Source: Veleropilina oligotropha (Eukaryota). From it: a DNA stretch of 64,000 nucleotides. Numbering within the stretch: position 1 is the stretch's first letter; each line of letters begins with the position of its first letter. The notes below the pieces were generated by a model. It had not been told where the DNA came from. It worked only from the letters and a program-made list of their open reading frames with translations, and made no database searches. The position numbers and the translations under genes were made by a program. The stretch is taken from assembly GCA_048128005.1 (NCBI GenBank), contig JBEUKZ010000096.1, forward strand, positions 186,001 to 250,000, read 5' to 3'. This document shows, one piece after another, positions 14,541 to 28,619 of this stretch.

Positions 14541-15231
14541 CAGATCCATGATTTGTGGAAATCAACGGTATGGAAAATGGTATAATCTGAACTCAATTCA
14601 TGACAGATGATAACAAGTCTCCATAAATATTTGTGTAAAGTATACAAAAAGGTAATAATACGAGTTGACAATGATTCGCTGTTAAATCCTACTTATACTT
14701 AAAACAGGTAAGACACCACGATTCTGTAAGATGTTAACCTTCCAACGTTTTTGGCTCGTTATATATCTTTTGTCCCATATTCATGTGGAATAAAACTTCA
14801 CAGAAAACTAGTCATTATCAGTCATATTGATGAACTAATACAATAAAATAGTTACAGTACTACCAAGATAAAGGAATAATGACTCACATGAACGAGAGAA
14901 TAGGCCTTAAAATAAAGGCAAATGTCGGCATGATCATAAAAGTAATGTCAATTTTAATTTTTTTAGAATTGAAAGAGTATTAAAATGTACACATTTTACA
15001 TTATTATGATATGCATATACAAAGTTTAGTTAATAGTAACTGTATACTTATATATGTTGAATAATTAGATAATTAATGTTATTTTCCCTGTACCATAATT
15101 GCTTATCACAAACGAGTTACGCACTTGCTTCAAATAATAAATAACATATTTAAATTATCAGATAACCTTTTGAGATTATCGAGACGTCCTTTATATAATT
15201 ATTTGTATTGCATGGTCTATCTGACAAGTCG

Positions 15232-16492
15232 TCATATTAATGAGCAACATCGGGTTTCCTTGACCGTCGTTAAATGTGTCTGCGATCCGTTATGTGACAA
15301 GTGTTCAGGCTTTAACCCGTTACTGTTAATGTCTGTCTTGATTCGAGGGCTTCGGCCTTTTCTGTGACTCAGGTTACAATCAGACGAACACACCGAACCA
15401 CCACTGCTGGATTTGTTAGCCTGACTTTGAAAATCAGTGATATCTACAAATTCTTTCACCTCTATTAGCCGTGCATTGACCATGTTCAGTCTATCGATTT
15501 CCTCCTGAAGACTGTTTCGCTTCGACCCTGTTCGTATATCCTCCATGTCTACCATATATTTCAGACTATTTTTGCTGGTAACGCTCGTCAGACTAAGGCT
15601 CGATATTGTCGACGCCACGCTCAGCTCCGAGATTCGTCGGGTGAACAGGCCGCCCAGTTTGCTATTGCTGTCGTTACTCATGTTCGCCATTCGCGTACTC
15701 ATACCACTGTTTTGCTTGGAGTTGTAGCTGCCACGGGAGCCTTTCCCATCGCTTGCGTCCTTGCCCCCTTGGTCTTTCCTATCGTTGTCCGGATTGCCTC
15801 TGCCTCCGCCGCTTCCGTTGTTGTCTCCACCGTTGAACCTCTGTCCGCCGCCCGATTGCCCATGCCCGGCGGGGCCGCCCCCGCCGTCGTTGTCGCTCGA
15901 GTGGTCGCTACTGTCCCGGCGGTGCAGGATCTTGTGTTTGAGTTTGTCTTTGCGCGACCTGCCCTCGGTGTCGTCTGTATCACTGGCATCCGAACTACTA
16001 CAACTCGTGCCCCTCTGTCCAGCGCCTCGGCGCTTCTTCCGCTGCTCGTATTTGCCCAGCATGTCGGGCGACGTGGTGTTGTTGCGGCTGATCAGCGTCC
16101 TCGGGGCATGGATCTTGTGAGGCACGATGTCATCCTCCTCGTCAGACTCATGCTCCTCGTGGATCTGGTTGAGGAGCTGGGGCGAGCTGGCCACCGTGTG
16201 GAGCGACCGCCGTGAGGACACAGAGTCCGTCGAGCTCGGCTCCGGAAGCAGAGACTCGTCCAGGTCGTCCAGCGATCGGACGGACTTCAGGTCCGTGTCC
16301 ATCTCCTCCTCGTAATCCTCCTCCTCCAGTGATTCCTCCTGGATGAGGCTGCACTTCCGCATCCGATACAGCTTCTCCTGGCTCCCGCTGAGATGCTGAC
16401 CGGCTCCGGACAACCGTGCGCCCGGGGGTGAGACCAGCGACTGGATGATGCTCTCCCCACCGGACCCGTGAGAGGAATCCCTGGGCTGGACA
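15232..16492 (-). CDS. SNRK: SNRK last coding exon (low-complexity regulatory tail)
   Basis: ctttcag|VQPRDSSHG...RKCSLIQEE...SSPQLLNQIHEEHESDEED...SCSSSDASDTD...TRCCSLI*, part of the 433 aa ORF. Confidence 0.92.
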
Positions 16493-16757
16493 CTGAAAGG
16501 GAGAGGCGACATGATTAATACGTCATGGATCATAGTAGGACACTCAAGAGATAGGCAACAAGATTATTAATCATAGACCATGTTAGATATCTCTAGGCTA
16601 CAGACACTGAAACAGACAGGCAACAAGATTAATGATCATGGGCCAAGTTAGGACTCCTAGGCTGGACACTGAAACAAAGAGGCAACAAGATTAATAATCG
16701 TGGACCATGTTAGGAATCCTTAAGCTGGACACTGAACCAAGAGGGAACAAGATTAAC
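16473..16757. repeat. ~62-bp minisatellite spanning the last intron/exon boundary
   Basis: Unit ctggacactgaaac..gaggcaacaagattaat..gaccatgttagga occurs 4-5 times; the first unit overlaps the true acceptor. Confidence 0.85.
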
Positions 16758-19700
16758 TTGAGTTCGAAAGAGTGTCATAGGTTGGAATAAATGTGAAACA
16801 ACATTGGGTTATGGATAATAAACAGTAAATATAGATTTACTATATTTATTATTTATTATCCATGTGATTCTTGAAACCATGAACAATTTATTCCATAACT
16901 TTGGATTATGGAAGTACGAGACCGGTTCCAGTGGCCAGTTGTTGATTGGCATCCATTAGCATTGTAGCAGACGACTTATTTACGCTCTAGGAAAATCTCT
17001 CGCTGCGAGTCTTAATCTGTAACTGGCTGACCATTGTACTTCCGTTCCAAGTGATTTTACGGCGACAAAACGTACCTTTTCTCGATATTTCTGTAGTGGG
17101 GGTTTATATTTCTTAAAACATTGGATTGACGTTATGTTTAATATCTATTGAATCGATTGATGTATGGTTAGGCTACAGACAGTGCATTAATTTGACATTT
17201 GAACTGTCATACTACGGCGGAGTGTGTAAAATCAGTGGAAATTCATTTTTGAAGTTGCATGCCTTCTCTTTTTCATAGTACTGTACACGAGTGTATGCTG
17301 ACCCGTGACGTCATATTTGACCTAGGCTGGATAATTCCCAGTTTTCCGTGCGAAATAACGCCAGAGTAGTTAGAGTAGTTATAAATGGACTGTTTATGTA
17401 GGCTAACTTATGGACAATGCGGTTACAAATTATGTAATAAATATAAATGAAAACAAACAATAAGTTAACATCTTATATTAGGGTTTAATGACTTTTATGA
17501 CGCACATCTATCATCCCGTATACATGTGCCTGTGACCTATCCTTGTTAACTGCATGTCCATCTTGAATGACCCCTGCACAACAATTTCTAGCTATTCATG
17601 CCCTCAAGTTGACCTTTGCTGTGGCTGTTCAATCAACCCTCTGAAATATTAGTCAATCTTATAAACTTTTATGAATGGGATATTGAATGTGGGCCATAAA
17701 GTCACAGCCTTTGACATTCTATCTTTTGGAATCCCCCCCTGTGAAACAAATGTAATTTGCAATTAAACAGCCTTATTTTTGTGCACTTTATTATCATTTG
17801 CACAAACATAAACACACAAAGTTGGTAATAGATTTATTATTAGTTTGCAGATGTACCATACACTAATTTGAGAGAAAATTTGATAATTTATGCAATAAAC
17901 AGATAGGTGGAATAGCCATGCAAATTCTGCCTGTTTACCGAGCATTAATTTTTTCCAATCGCAAGCTACATGTTTGTTTGATACAATAATAGTTCAATAT
18001 GACAAAGCACAAGAGTTTGTTACTAAATAACATAATAAATATGGGATATTGGATTTAAATTAACAAAATTCCAGTACAGAAGTGGGTGCTACTTGAAACA
18101 TCGGATGCACAAGTTGTGAATGTGACCTATATTTTTACAGATTGTGAGTGGACAAAATGTAAATCTGATGAGATTTTCCAAAAGCTAGATATATGTCTTC
18201 CGACATAATAAACAATAATTGTGTTACAGTTATCAATGACATATAATAGTAATGTTTTCATTATTAAACTGTTCATCAACTGAGAAAAGGATGCTATAGC
18301 ACTGTAAAGAAATATAGCCGTGCAATAAAAGTAACACGTTAACAAACACATTGGAAAAAGAACAGTCTGAACATTCCATTATGGCATCATATCATGCAGC
18401 AACGGCATGCTCATTCTAAATGCAGGTTGTACATATTGAAATCTGGTGTCAGAGCAGTTTTAACCATCATAACAAATGTATCTTACAATAAATCATGGTT
18501 TTATAGCCAACAATTGATATCAGAGTGAAAATGACATAAATCCGATATTTATGAAGATTGTGATCAATGGATGCACAGTGGCCCGCACAGATTCAACACG
18601 TACATAGATGATTATGACTGCTGATAACAGTAATGACCTTTCATTACAAACTAAAAGTTGAAAAAATTTAATAATGCTTGATAATAATAATTCAACTTTT
18701 AAACCAGTTTGCCAAATATAACGACAGAATTTGGTGCTATTTTATTATGTTTTTCAAACCAAATAATTAATTTTGATTTGTTCAAAAGTAAATCTAAAGC
18801 AATTCTTAATTTTGAGAATCTGATAAATATACAGAGAAAATGAACCAAGTTCTGACATTTACTTAACAATAAGCAATTACCAATTGTCGAGTGTTGGAAT
18901 TGGAAAAGAGGTGCAGCGTGAAAGCGAGGCGGCACAGTTGTTAGCATTGAAGAAGTGGGCTGCTAGAAACACCTGGACCAGCATTAAATTATTTTGATAA
19001 TTACTGGTGTGCAATATTTTATATGGTTTCCACGTGAACTTGGCACTCGTAGACCACAAACCGCCATCATCTTGGGATCGTGGCGTACGTGTACATAAGA
19101 TGGACAAGTAGGCCGTGAAGCACCGTGCAACAATGGCTACATGCAAGGTGATAAAAATCAGCAGTTACCATGGGAACAGATGAACATCAACAGAAACTAC
19201 AACATGAGAAGGTGACAATAAAAGAGACATTCTACAATACGTCGGATAAAAGTGACCCGGAGATGTACGGCAAAGCCATACAAAAAGGGAAGGTACTGGA
19301 TAATGGACCAGTTTTGTGTCTGGCTAATGACACCATGAACCAACTATCGTTAGATCACTTTATAAAACACAAAAAGCATTTAGCAGACCAGCACAAACAT
19401 TTTTAACAGAGAAAACAATAAATTTGCATAAAACAAAGCAACACGACGTCACGTATGAGACTGGGGATCGGCATAGAAAAATAGATACTATTAAAATCTT
19501 CATATATCATTTGAATAAACCTTGGTTGCATTAATTAAGACATGTAAAACAATATTTTACCAATTTTTTCGATGTATTTGTGAAGAAAAATCAAAAGCCA
19601 CAATGAAAACTTGATTTTCGATACAATATCAAATGACAAAAACAATGTTCATTATGCAGATACATATTTACAATATTGCATTGTTCAAAATGAGACGACA

Positions 19701-20804
19701 AGAAGTTTTCAATCCAATTCATCAAAGAGAGGCGGCAAGCTGATTAACATCTTGTTACATGAATGAAGAAATGAGACTAAATACCCATCAATCACTTAAC
19801 AAACACTTTCCTGTATCAGAATAAATTTAAGTGTCACCAAATCAAATCAGACGATCATGGACGATTTCGGTCTCGATAGTTTAGTGTGACCCACTCTGGT
19901 TCTCATCAGCTGGGTTTCGATTTTCAGTTATCCGTTCCACGTTCTGATTAGATATCTATAAATGCATTTTAATTTTACATGAACCCTTCATAGCATATCT
20001 TCCTCTGATAACAATGCGTTATCAAGTATGCAGTTACAAGTTAAGAAAAAATTGCGTAGGCCACAATAGGACTTTTTTAATGCATACGTAAGAAAACAAT
20101 GGCAGAAAATATAGTCTAAAGGTCATCTATGCAACAACATGCACTTGTAAGGGAATATTAAATCAGATAATCGCAGAATATAGTCTGAAGGTCAACTTTC
20201 CGTTTTGTGTGGGCGGCATATAATAATCAAAGCATTTGTGGCCATTGTCGGATAACATTTATATCGTATTTTATAGATTTGAATAAACCCAAGATACTTC
20301 CAAAACCTCCAACATTTCTGATGTTTCCATGGAAATGCGTCGAGCTGCATAACAAACCTTTACTGTCAATATTTTAAGCAAAAACAAGAAAATAATTACA
20401 ATAAATCTCTTTTCTATAAAAATGAACGCTGACAAATATCAATAAAAGACAATATAAAAACTAATCATGTCTCTGTAATTATTAATAGAGGATTATACAG
20501 ACCACAAGTCACTAGGCCATGCTGTGTTAGAAAAAGCAGCTACAAAAAACAACATTCTTCACAGCATTGCATATTTATTTACATATAACCAATGTAGCGA
20601 GTGATTATTCCTGCCCAATGGGGCGCACCTCGATGCATATTGCATACCTAGGGCAAAGCAAAACACTATCTACTGGATTAAAACACTGGTGGCAACAGGA
20701 ATTATACGGCCCACTGTACATCTGGTCACAAACACGACGGTTCATTCGGGTGAATCTAACTATGCATGACAACTATTGATGGAGCACGCGGCAAGACCAA
20801 TTAC

Positions 20805-21209
20805 TTATTGCCCGGTGTCCTGTGCTTTTTGAAGAATCCAGCCCTCAAATCTGGTGGAGGGACTTTGCCTGATGCAACGGCAGCCTTCCTCTCGAAGAAC
20901 GAGCTTAAGATGGCGATTTTGGAGAAAGAATCGCTCTTCTTCTTCAAATGCTTGTTGTCGGTCTGTATAGAGGTCGTTTGGCCGGTGGCCACTTGTTTCC
21001 GCATCTGAAGTGGACTGGTCATTGTGACAGGAGTGATGCCCAGTGACTGTTGTCGCTTCCGGCGGTCAAGCGTCATACTCATGGTCAAGCTTTTCATGAA
21101 TGGGTTGCTGTCCGCAGAACCTGCAGCCTCCAATGGACTCGCCACCGGCATCAAGCAATCAGTCGTGCTCAAAGGGGCTGTCTTTGTTTTCTTTAACTCG
21201 CGATGTTTG
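20805..21209 (-). CDS. SNRK: SNRK coding exon 5 (symmetric phase-2 exon, possibly a cassette)
   Basis: ctaaag|(R)KHRELKKTKTAPLSTTDCLMP...FFKKHRTPGN|gtaatt, 405 nt open, GC-richer than its flanks, phases fit the neighbours. The acceptor is a weaker AAG. Confidence 0.72.
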
Positions 21210-22074
21210 CTTTAGTATAGAGAAGGACATCAACAAATAAACAAGGAATGCACACATAGCCTAGTAGGGCATAATAATATCAAGCTATCTGCTGGTATCA
21301 ACAATCCCTGGCAGAGAAAATGTGGTTTCATTAGCAATCAATTTAATATGATCAAAGATCTAATGAAACTTTCCACTATCGTTCAGAATGTTGACGCATA
21401 AACTAACAACCATGAGCATTGGTTGAAAAAAGTATTTTTATTTGCTTTAAATGCACAATATGATACCAAACGTTAGGTTTGGATAGACCTACGTTCTATT
21501 TTTTAACAACCCACTCGATTCATATGAGAACATGTCTATATTATCACGGGAAGAAAGCCCCGTCACCCCGGAAAACCCTCCATCTTCGGTCAGTTATGGA
21601 CAATTGTGACTGGTATTTGAACAAAGAATGCCATTGTTCCAGTGCACTCCTGTTATACAGAGCAGTCAAGCCAATGAATTCGGTCGGCACTCGGAAACGG
21701 TCAAATACCAAACCACGTAGAAAGGTATCAAATGTGGTTTAAATTAAAATTAAGAAGACACAGTCATCGATATCCCCTGCAATTAGGCGAGCGGCAAAAC
21801 CCTAAAAAGAGCTATATTTTAGCAGTTTAATCAACCGGTTGTACACAAAGCTACAACAGGTCTTAAATGAAAGAGGGACATCTCTAGGACATATTTAGCC
21901 CTGATGTAGTATTGATTTGTTGTGCGGTCTATGAAATTTTGGCATTTGATTGACCCTACCCTCTAACAAATTTAGCATTCCGAAAAAACACATAAAGATG
22001 CATAACTTTACCCCTAGTCACTCTATTAACATATATTCAGTATCGAAATGTGCGCAATTCACTCTACCATTCAG

Positions 22075-22538
22075 AAACAGCAATATATCATGTACAGCGT
22101 TCTCCGCGACCACTTATAGCGAGGCGGGCCGATAAATGTTGTTTCAACAATTAGGCCTAACGGTATGTTTACAACAGATACTTCTAATCATTGAACCCCG
22201 AGCTGGAGCACTATATAAACATGACATTGTGTAATATAGTTTCAGTTAGCTATTTATTGCAGGCTTCGAATTTTACCAGGAAATCCTGGGGTGCGCTCAT
22301 TAAATTAAACAGCAATATATCATGTACAGCGTTCTCCGCGACCACTTATAGCAAGGCGGGCCGATAAATGTTGTTTCAACAATTAGGCCTAACGGTATGT
22401 TTACAACAGATACTTCTAATCATTGAACCCCGAGCTGGAGCACTATATAAACATGACATTGTGTAATATAGTTTCAGTTAGCTATTTATTGCAGGCTTCG
22501 AATTTTACCAGGAAATCTTGGGGTGCGCTCATTAAATT
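22075..22538. repeat. 232-bp direct tandem duplication in the left non-coding arm of Academ
   Basis: 22075-22306 and 22307-22538 are near identical (two substitutions seen). Confidence 0.92.
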
Positions 22539-25500
22539 TAAACGGACACTTGTAACCCGTCGGTATTATACCTACACTAAAAGCAGCTATCCTTTAAACC
22601 CGAATCCTACTTTCATTCGCTAATAATTGTTGTTTGTATTAGTTATTACGTGCCTCTATATCTGTAAGAATTAAACAGTTAAATACCTTGTGTTTATTCC
22701 AATTAAAATCGTTATCTGGTTGTAAAGTTCGTAATCCAATTGCAATTGCTGGCCATTTTGCTGAGTATGTTAATTTATTGGTGTCTCCGGAAGAGTTACT
22801 TCTGATGATTTAATAAAGATATGTCATAATAATTACTTTTCAAGAGTTTAAGTGATTGAAATGGATTAGAAATCCTTTACAATATGTAATATATGAAACA
22901 ATATAATTATAATTATCTTTATTAAGCATTTAAATCTCATTTGAAAATTCGCATTTCATACCCAATTATCTCCCTTGGCCGGGACGTTTTTGTCTGAAAA
23001 ACGTATTTTTACCACACAATTTTATTACAAGGACATAATTTTATTAACAAATAACAATAATATACATATCACTAATTACATTTATTATTTAAACACCTTA
23101 ATCATCTAATTTTTTAATAACTAAACTGCCAATTCATCAACATATCATGTGATATTACATTGAAGTACAATGCATGGTGAGTGAATAATTTTTTCAGGCG
23201 TGTAGTAGTCGTGTCCAGACAACAATACAAGCTTAACTATGCAATACATTGATAATTTAGGTAACAATACATTATAATGTATCTATATGTGTCTAATTCC
23301 AGATATATCATGGCTGAAAGTTTAGAGGACGGACCAGGATCAAGTCCTTTGAAATTGATTATAGGACAACCGAGCAAGAAACCAAGACTCTCAATAGATA
23401 CAACTAAGTGCATTGTGTGCCAGACAATAACAAAAGAAAAAACCAGTAAAGCCGGAAAAGCAGGCGTGGAAGCTGTGAAAGCAGCATCAGAGATTCGTGA
23501 TGACGATATACATCGTAAACTGTTGACACAAGAGGGTGCTTCCCCGTCAGTTGTCTACCACAGGAGCTGCTACCAGAAATACACAAGCAAAACCAATTTG
23601 AGAACAAGGACAGAAAGGGGAAAAGATGAACAACCATGCATACCTGAGCCAAGACCAACACGGGCACGGACACATAAGATGTTGGACTGGTCTACTTGTA
23701 TATTTTGTCATATCCGTAAGCGAGACAAGTTGCACAAAGTGATGACTGATCCACGACAGGCCACAATCCGAAAAGCTGCCGAGGCACGCCATGACCAGAC
23801 TATGCTAGGCTTTCTCGAGGGAGAGGATTTGTTCGCCAAAAACGCCCTATATCACGTAACCTGTATGGCGTCGTATATCAGTGAACACAACATCACATAT
23901 GTACGAAAAGAAGACCCAAAAGCTCACGAAGATGCTTTCAATGCACTAATCGCTGAGATAGATTCTGACATAAGACGTGGAAAAGCTTTCAAATTGAAGA
24001 ACTTGCTAAGCAAACTCAACAGCTTCCTGGAAAGCAGTGTCAGTGAAACAGAGACATACACCACGCAAAAACTGAAACGTCGCCTAGAAAACCACTACGG
24101 GGACAGCATTGTCATACACTCACAACATGGACAAGGGAAATCCAGCATAGTTATGAGCAGCAATGTAACATTGGGAGATGCGGTTCGGGCATTCGCACAG
24201 CTGAAGGGAGATTTTAGTGATTGTCAAATGGAGACAACATCGTCTGAAATACCTGAACAAGTCAATGACAATATGTCCTATCTTCATCGTGTTGTCGGAT
24301 TGCTTCGTGCCGAAATATCTAGTATAGAGTCGACAACGGAGTACCCTATACTTGACGACATCTGCCTAGGATCGTCCGAAAAAGCACAGCCCCCTTTGCT
24401 GAGAGCTCTATTCGTCTGGATGCTCAGTAAAGAAGCATTTGATTCTGCAGATCCTGAATTCGAAATCAGCGACAATAAACGACGCAAAACTGCAGCACTG
24501 ATAGAAACAACCATCAATTGTGCGAGACGTGATGTCATCATGCCTTTGAGCCTAGGCTTAGCTGCTCAACTACACCACGCTTATGGAAAACGAGAGATCA
24601 TCGACGTACTGAGTACTCATGGTTTCTGCATATGTTATGATGATTTGCGACGTTTCTTAACAGCTGTAGCGAGTAACGAGATGAAGAAAAATCAAGACGA
24701 CGTGTACATCCCACATGGCTTAGTACCAAGAGACAACGGTGGTCAACTGCTACAAGAAGGTGACGACAACGTCGACATCAACTGTGAGACTGTAGATGGA
24801 AAAGGCACGTTTCACTCCATGGCTCGGGTCGTGTTCCAGGAACAGTCCATTGCTGGACTTGGAAAAGAAGGTTCCGTTGAGCGTATCAAAGTAGGCAGAC
24901 AGAAGTCACTGTCATTGTCGCCAGAAACTTCCATGATGATGAAAACTACCCTTCGCTATGTCAAACCCCCACAACGTCCAGAGAGGCCAAGAGTGATGAA
25001 TGCACTGACTCGGATCAAAACACTGAGGATCTCCGATGGTCCCACTGACGCTCGTGATGTTTCATGGGTTCTTCTGAGAATGCCATCCCGTGGGCTCCTA
25101 GCATTCATTGACGACTTACACGTGCCACACTGTCAAGCAACACCATTTTGGGTAGGATTCAACTCGATGATTCGTGAACAAAGCAATTCGAAAACTTTTG
25201 CTGCTTATCCACCTGTTATCGAATCCAAGCCAGCTGATCCTAGAACAGTCTACACGACAATGACAAGATGCAAGGAACTCACGCAAAAGATGGGTCAACA
25301 GAATTCAGTCCAGACGATGGACCAGCAACTATATGCTGTAGCACAGGAAGTGAAATGGAACAAACCTGCTGAGTTTGAGAACACTGTTCTTCGTCTTGGT
25401 GGATTCCACACTGTTTGTTGTTTCATTGGAGCTGTTGGAAAGCTGTTCGCCGATGCTGGGTTGAAGGATCTGATGGTTGAAAGTAGAGTCTATGCTGATG

Positions 25501-27395
25501 GAACAGCTAGTATGATGCTAGTTGGAAAGCAGTTCCACAGATCCGTGCGTGGACTCCTTCTGGCATATGAAACCATCATGCAAATCCACTTACAGGAATT
25601 CATCAAATGGGTGGACAGACAAGAGGACCTCCCAGTGCCAATCACAGTGTGGAATACGATACAACATATCACGCAGAAGATGAAGGAGATGGAGAAGTCT
25701 GAAATGAAGCTAGAAGTGGATCGCTTGTACGATGAGGTGCGTGAAAATCTCCTCCCACTCATGGCACAATTCAGAGAATGGGGCTGCGACTCGTCACCCA
25801 CTTTCAAATTCTGGCTGATGTTCCTGGACAGTATGCAAATTCTGATCCGAAATATATGAGCCGAGCGAGAAGGAGACTGGAACCTTCACCTATCAACTGT
25901 ATTGGAAATGATCCCTTACCTTTTTGCTACAGACAGAATGAATTATTCACGTTGGGCACCAATTTACCTGCTGGACATGAGTGAGATCCCCTCAACCATC
26001 AAAGAAGCTTTCGAAAAAGGGCAGTTTGCAGTTCGACGTGCAGCAGGTACATTCAATGGCATTTGGAGTGACATGGGTGTGGAAACAACTGTAATTCGTG
26101 ATGCAAAGAGCAGCGGTGGTATTGTTGGTCTGACAAGAAAGGCACCAGCTCGACTTCGTTGGACAATCACCCGTCAAATCCTTGGTGAATATGCAACTGC
26201 TATACACCACAGAAGTGGAACAGACCGAAAAGACGCATTAGGACATGAGCAAACCCGGCCAGCCGCAATGAAGCGAGATGATCGTGATGTACACGAAATG
26301 ACCCATCATTTGAGAGATAACATGACAAATCCATTCCAGGTTGATGATCATCCAGAAGGACAACTTGTCAACATTTCCAGTGGCGTTATCGCGACTAAAG
26401 ATGTACATAAGTCCCTTTCATCTGTTATAGATGTTGGCACAATCCAGATGGAAGAGTTCGTCAACGAATGTCTCTCAACGGATGAGAATAGGAGTATGTA
26501 TCATCCAATACGAAAGTCGAACCTCAAAACATTCACATCGATGAAGAAGAAGACTCCAATCAAGATTATGGGCCAGAAGACATTGGTTTCGATCAACCCG
26601 GAAATGGTATTCCGACGAGCTTTACAGCTGACTCAAGTGCGCCCAGATCTCAGCATGAAAGAAGTTCTCAGCTATCCTGTCACGTCTGTCCCAACATCTA
26701 TATTTCACCAAGACGGTGCTCTCCGAAAGACCACAAAGTCAGAATTAGGACACATTCTCGAAAGTCTTGTTGACAGATTGCACGAAATCCCTGAAACAGA
26801 AGATCAAGCAGACTGCAAGGTGGTCATCAGAGATGTGATGGCTGAACTCCACACCATTGGTGCGACCGGGAGTACATTTGGTCAGCTAGCACAGAAATAC
26901 CTCAATGAGTTGTTGTATCATGCAAGCAAGTACGATCGAGTCATCGACGTCTTTGATCGATACGACGACGTGAACTCAGTGAAAATGGACGAACGGATGA
27001 GACGCCTTGCTGCAGCAGGTGGAGCTAGAAAGTATCAGGTCATTGCTGGACGTCTCGTACCACAATGGGCAAAGTTCATGGCCTTGTCATCTAACAAAAC
27101 CTCCTTGACAGACTTCATATGTAACTATGTCACTGAGCATGCACCGAACTCAAAGGAGCTGTCAAACCACCCGGAGAAGAAGATCTACCTGGCTGGAGGA
27201 TTTTCTGATGGCACACTTACTGCCTGCGTTTCCTCCAGAGGGACAGAATATGTAGATGAGCTATCATGTACACAGGAAGAGGCGGACACACGAATATTTG
27301 CTATCATGAAGCACATGGACACCACTTCCCAAAGAGAAAGCACTTCCATATCTGTCACGATCAAAGCTACCGATACAGATGTACTCGTATTAGCT

Positions 27396-28619
<1,224 letters not shown>

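Noticed and set aside
15545..16493. Several overlapping ORFs on both strands
   Set aside because: Shadow frames of the GC-rich last SNRK exon, with no independent motifs.
19170..19406. 78 aa plus-strand ORF
   Set aside because: No homology recognised; antisense within an intron and of a length expected by chance.
25857..25859. TGA as programmed readthrough or selenocysteine
   Set aside because: The position corresponds to an expected Arg in the RAER motif, so CpG decay is simpler, and the ORF is also broken by an insertion.
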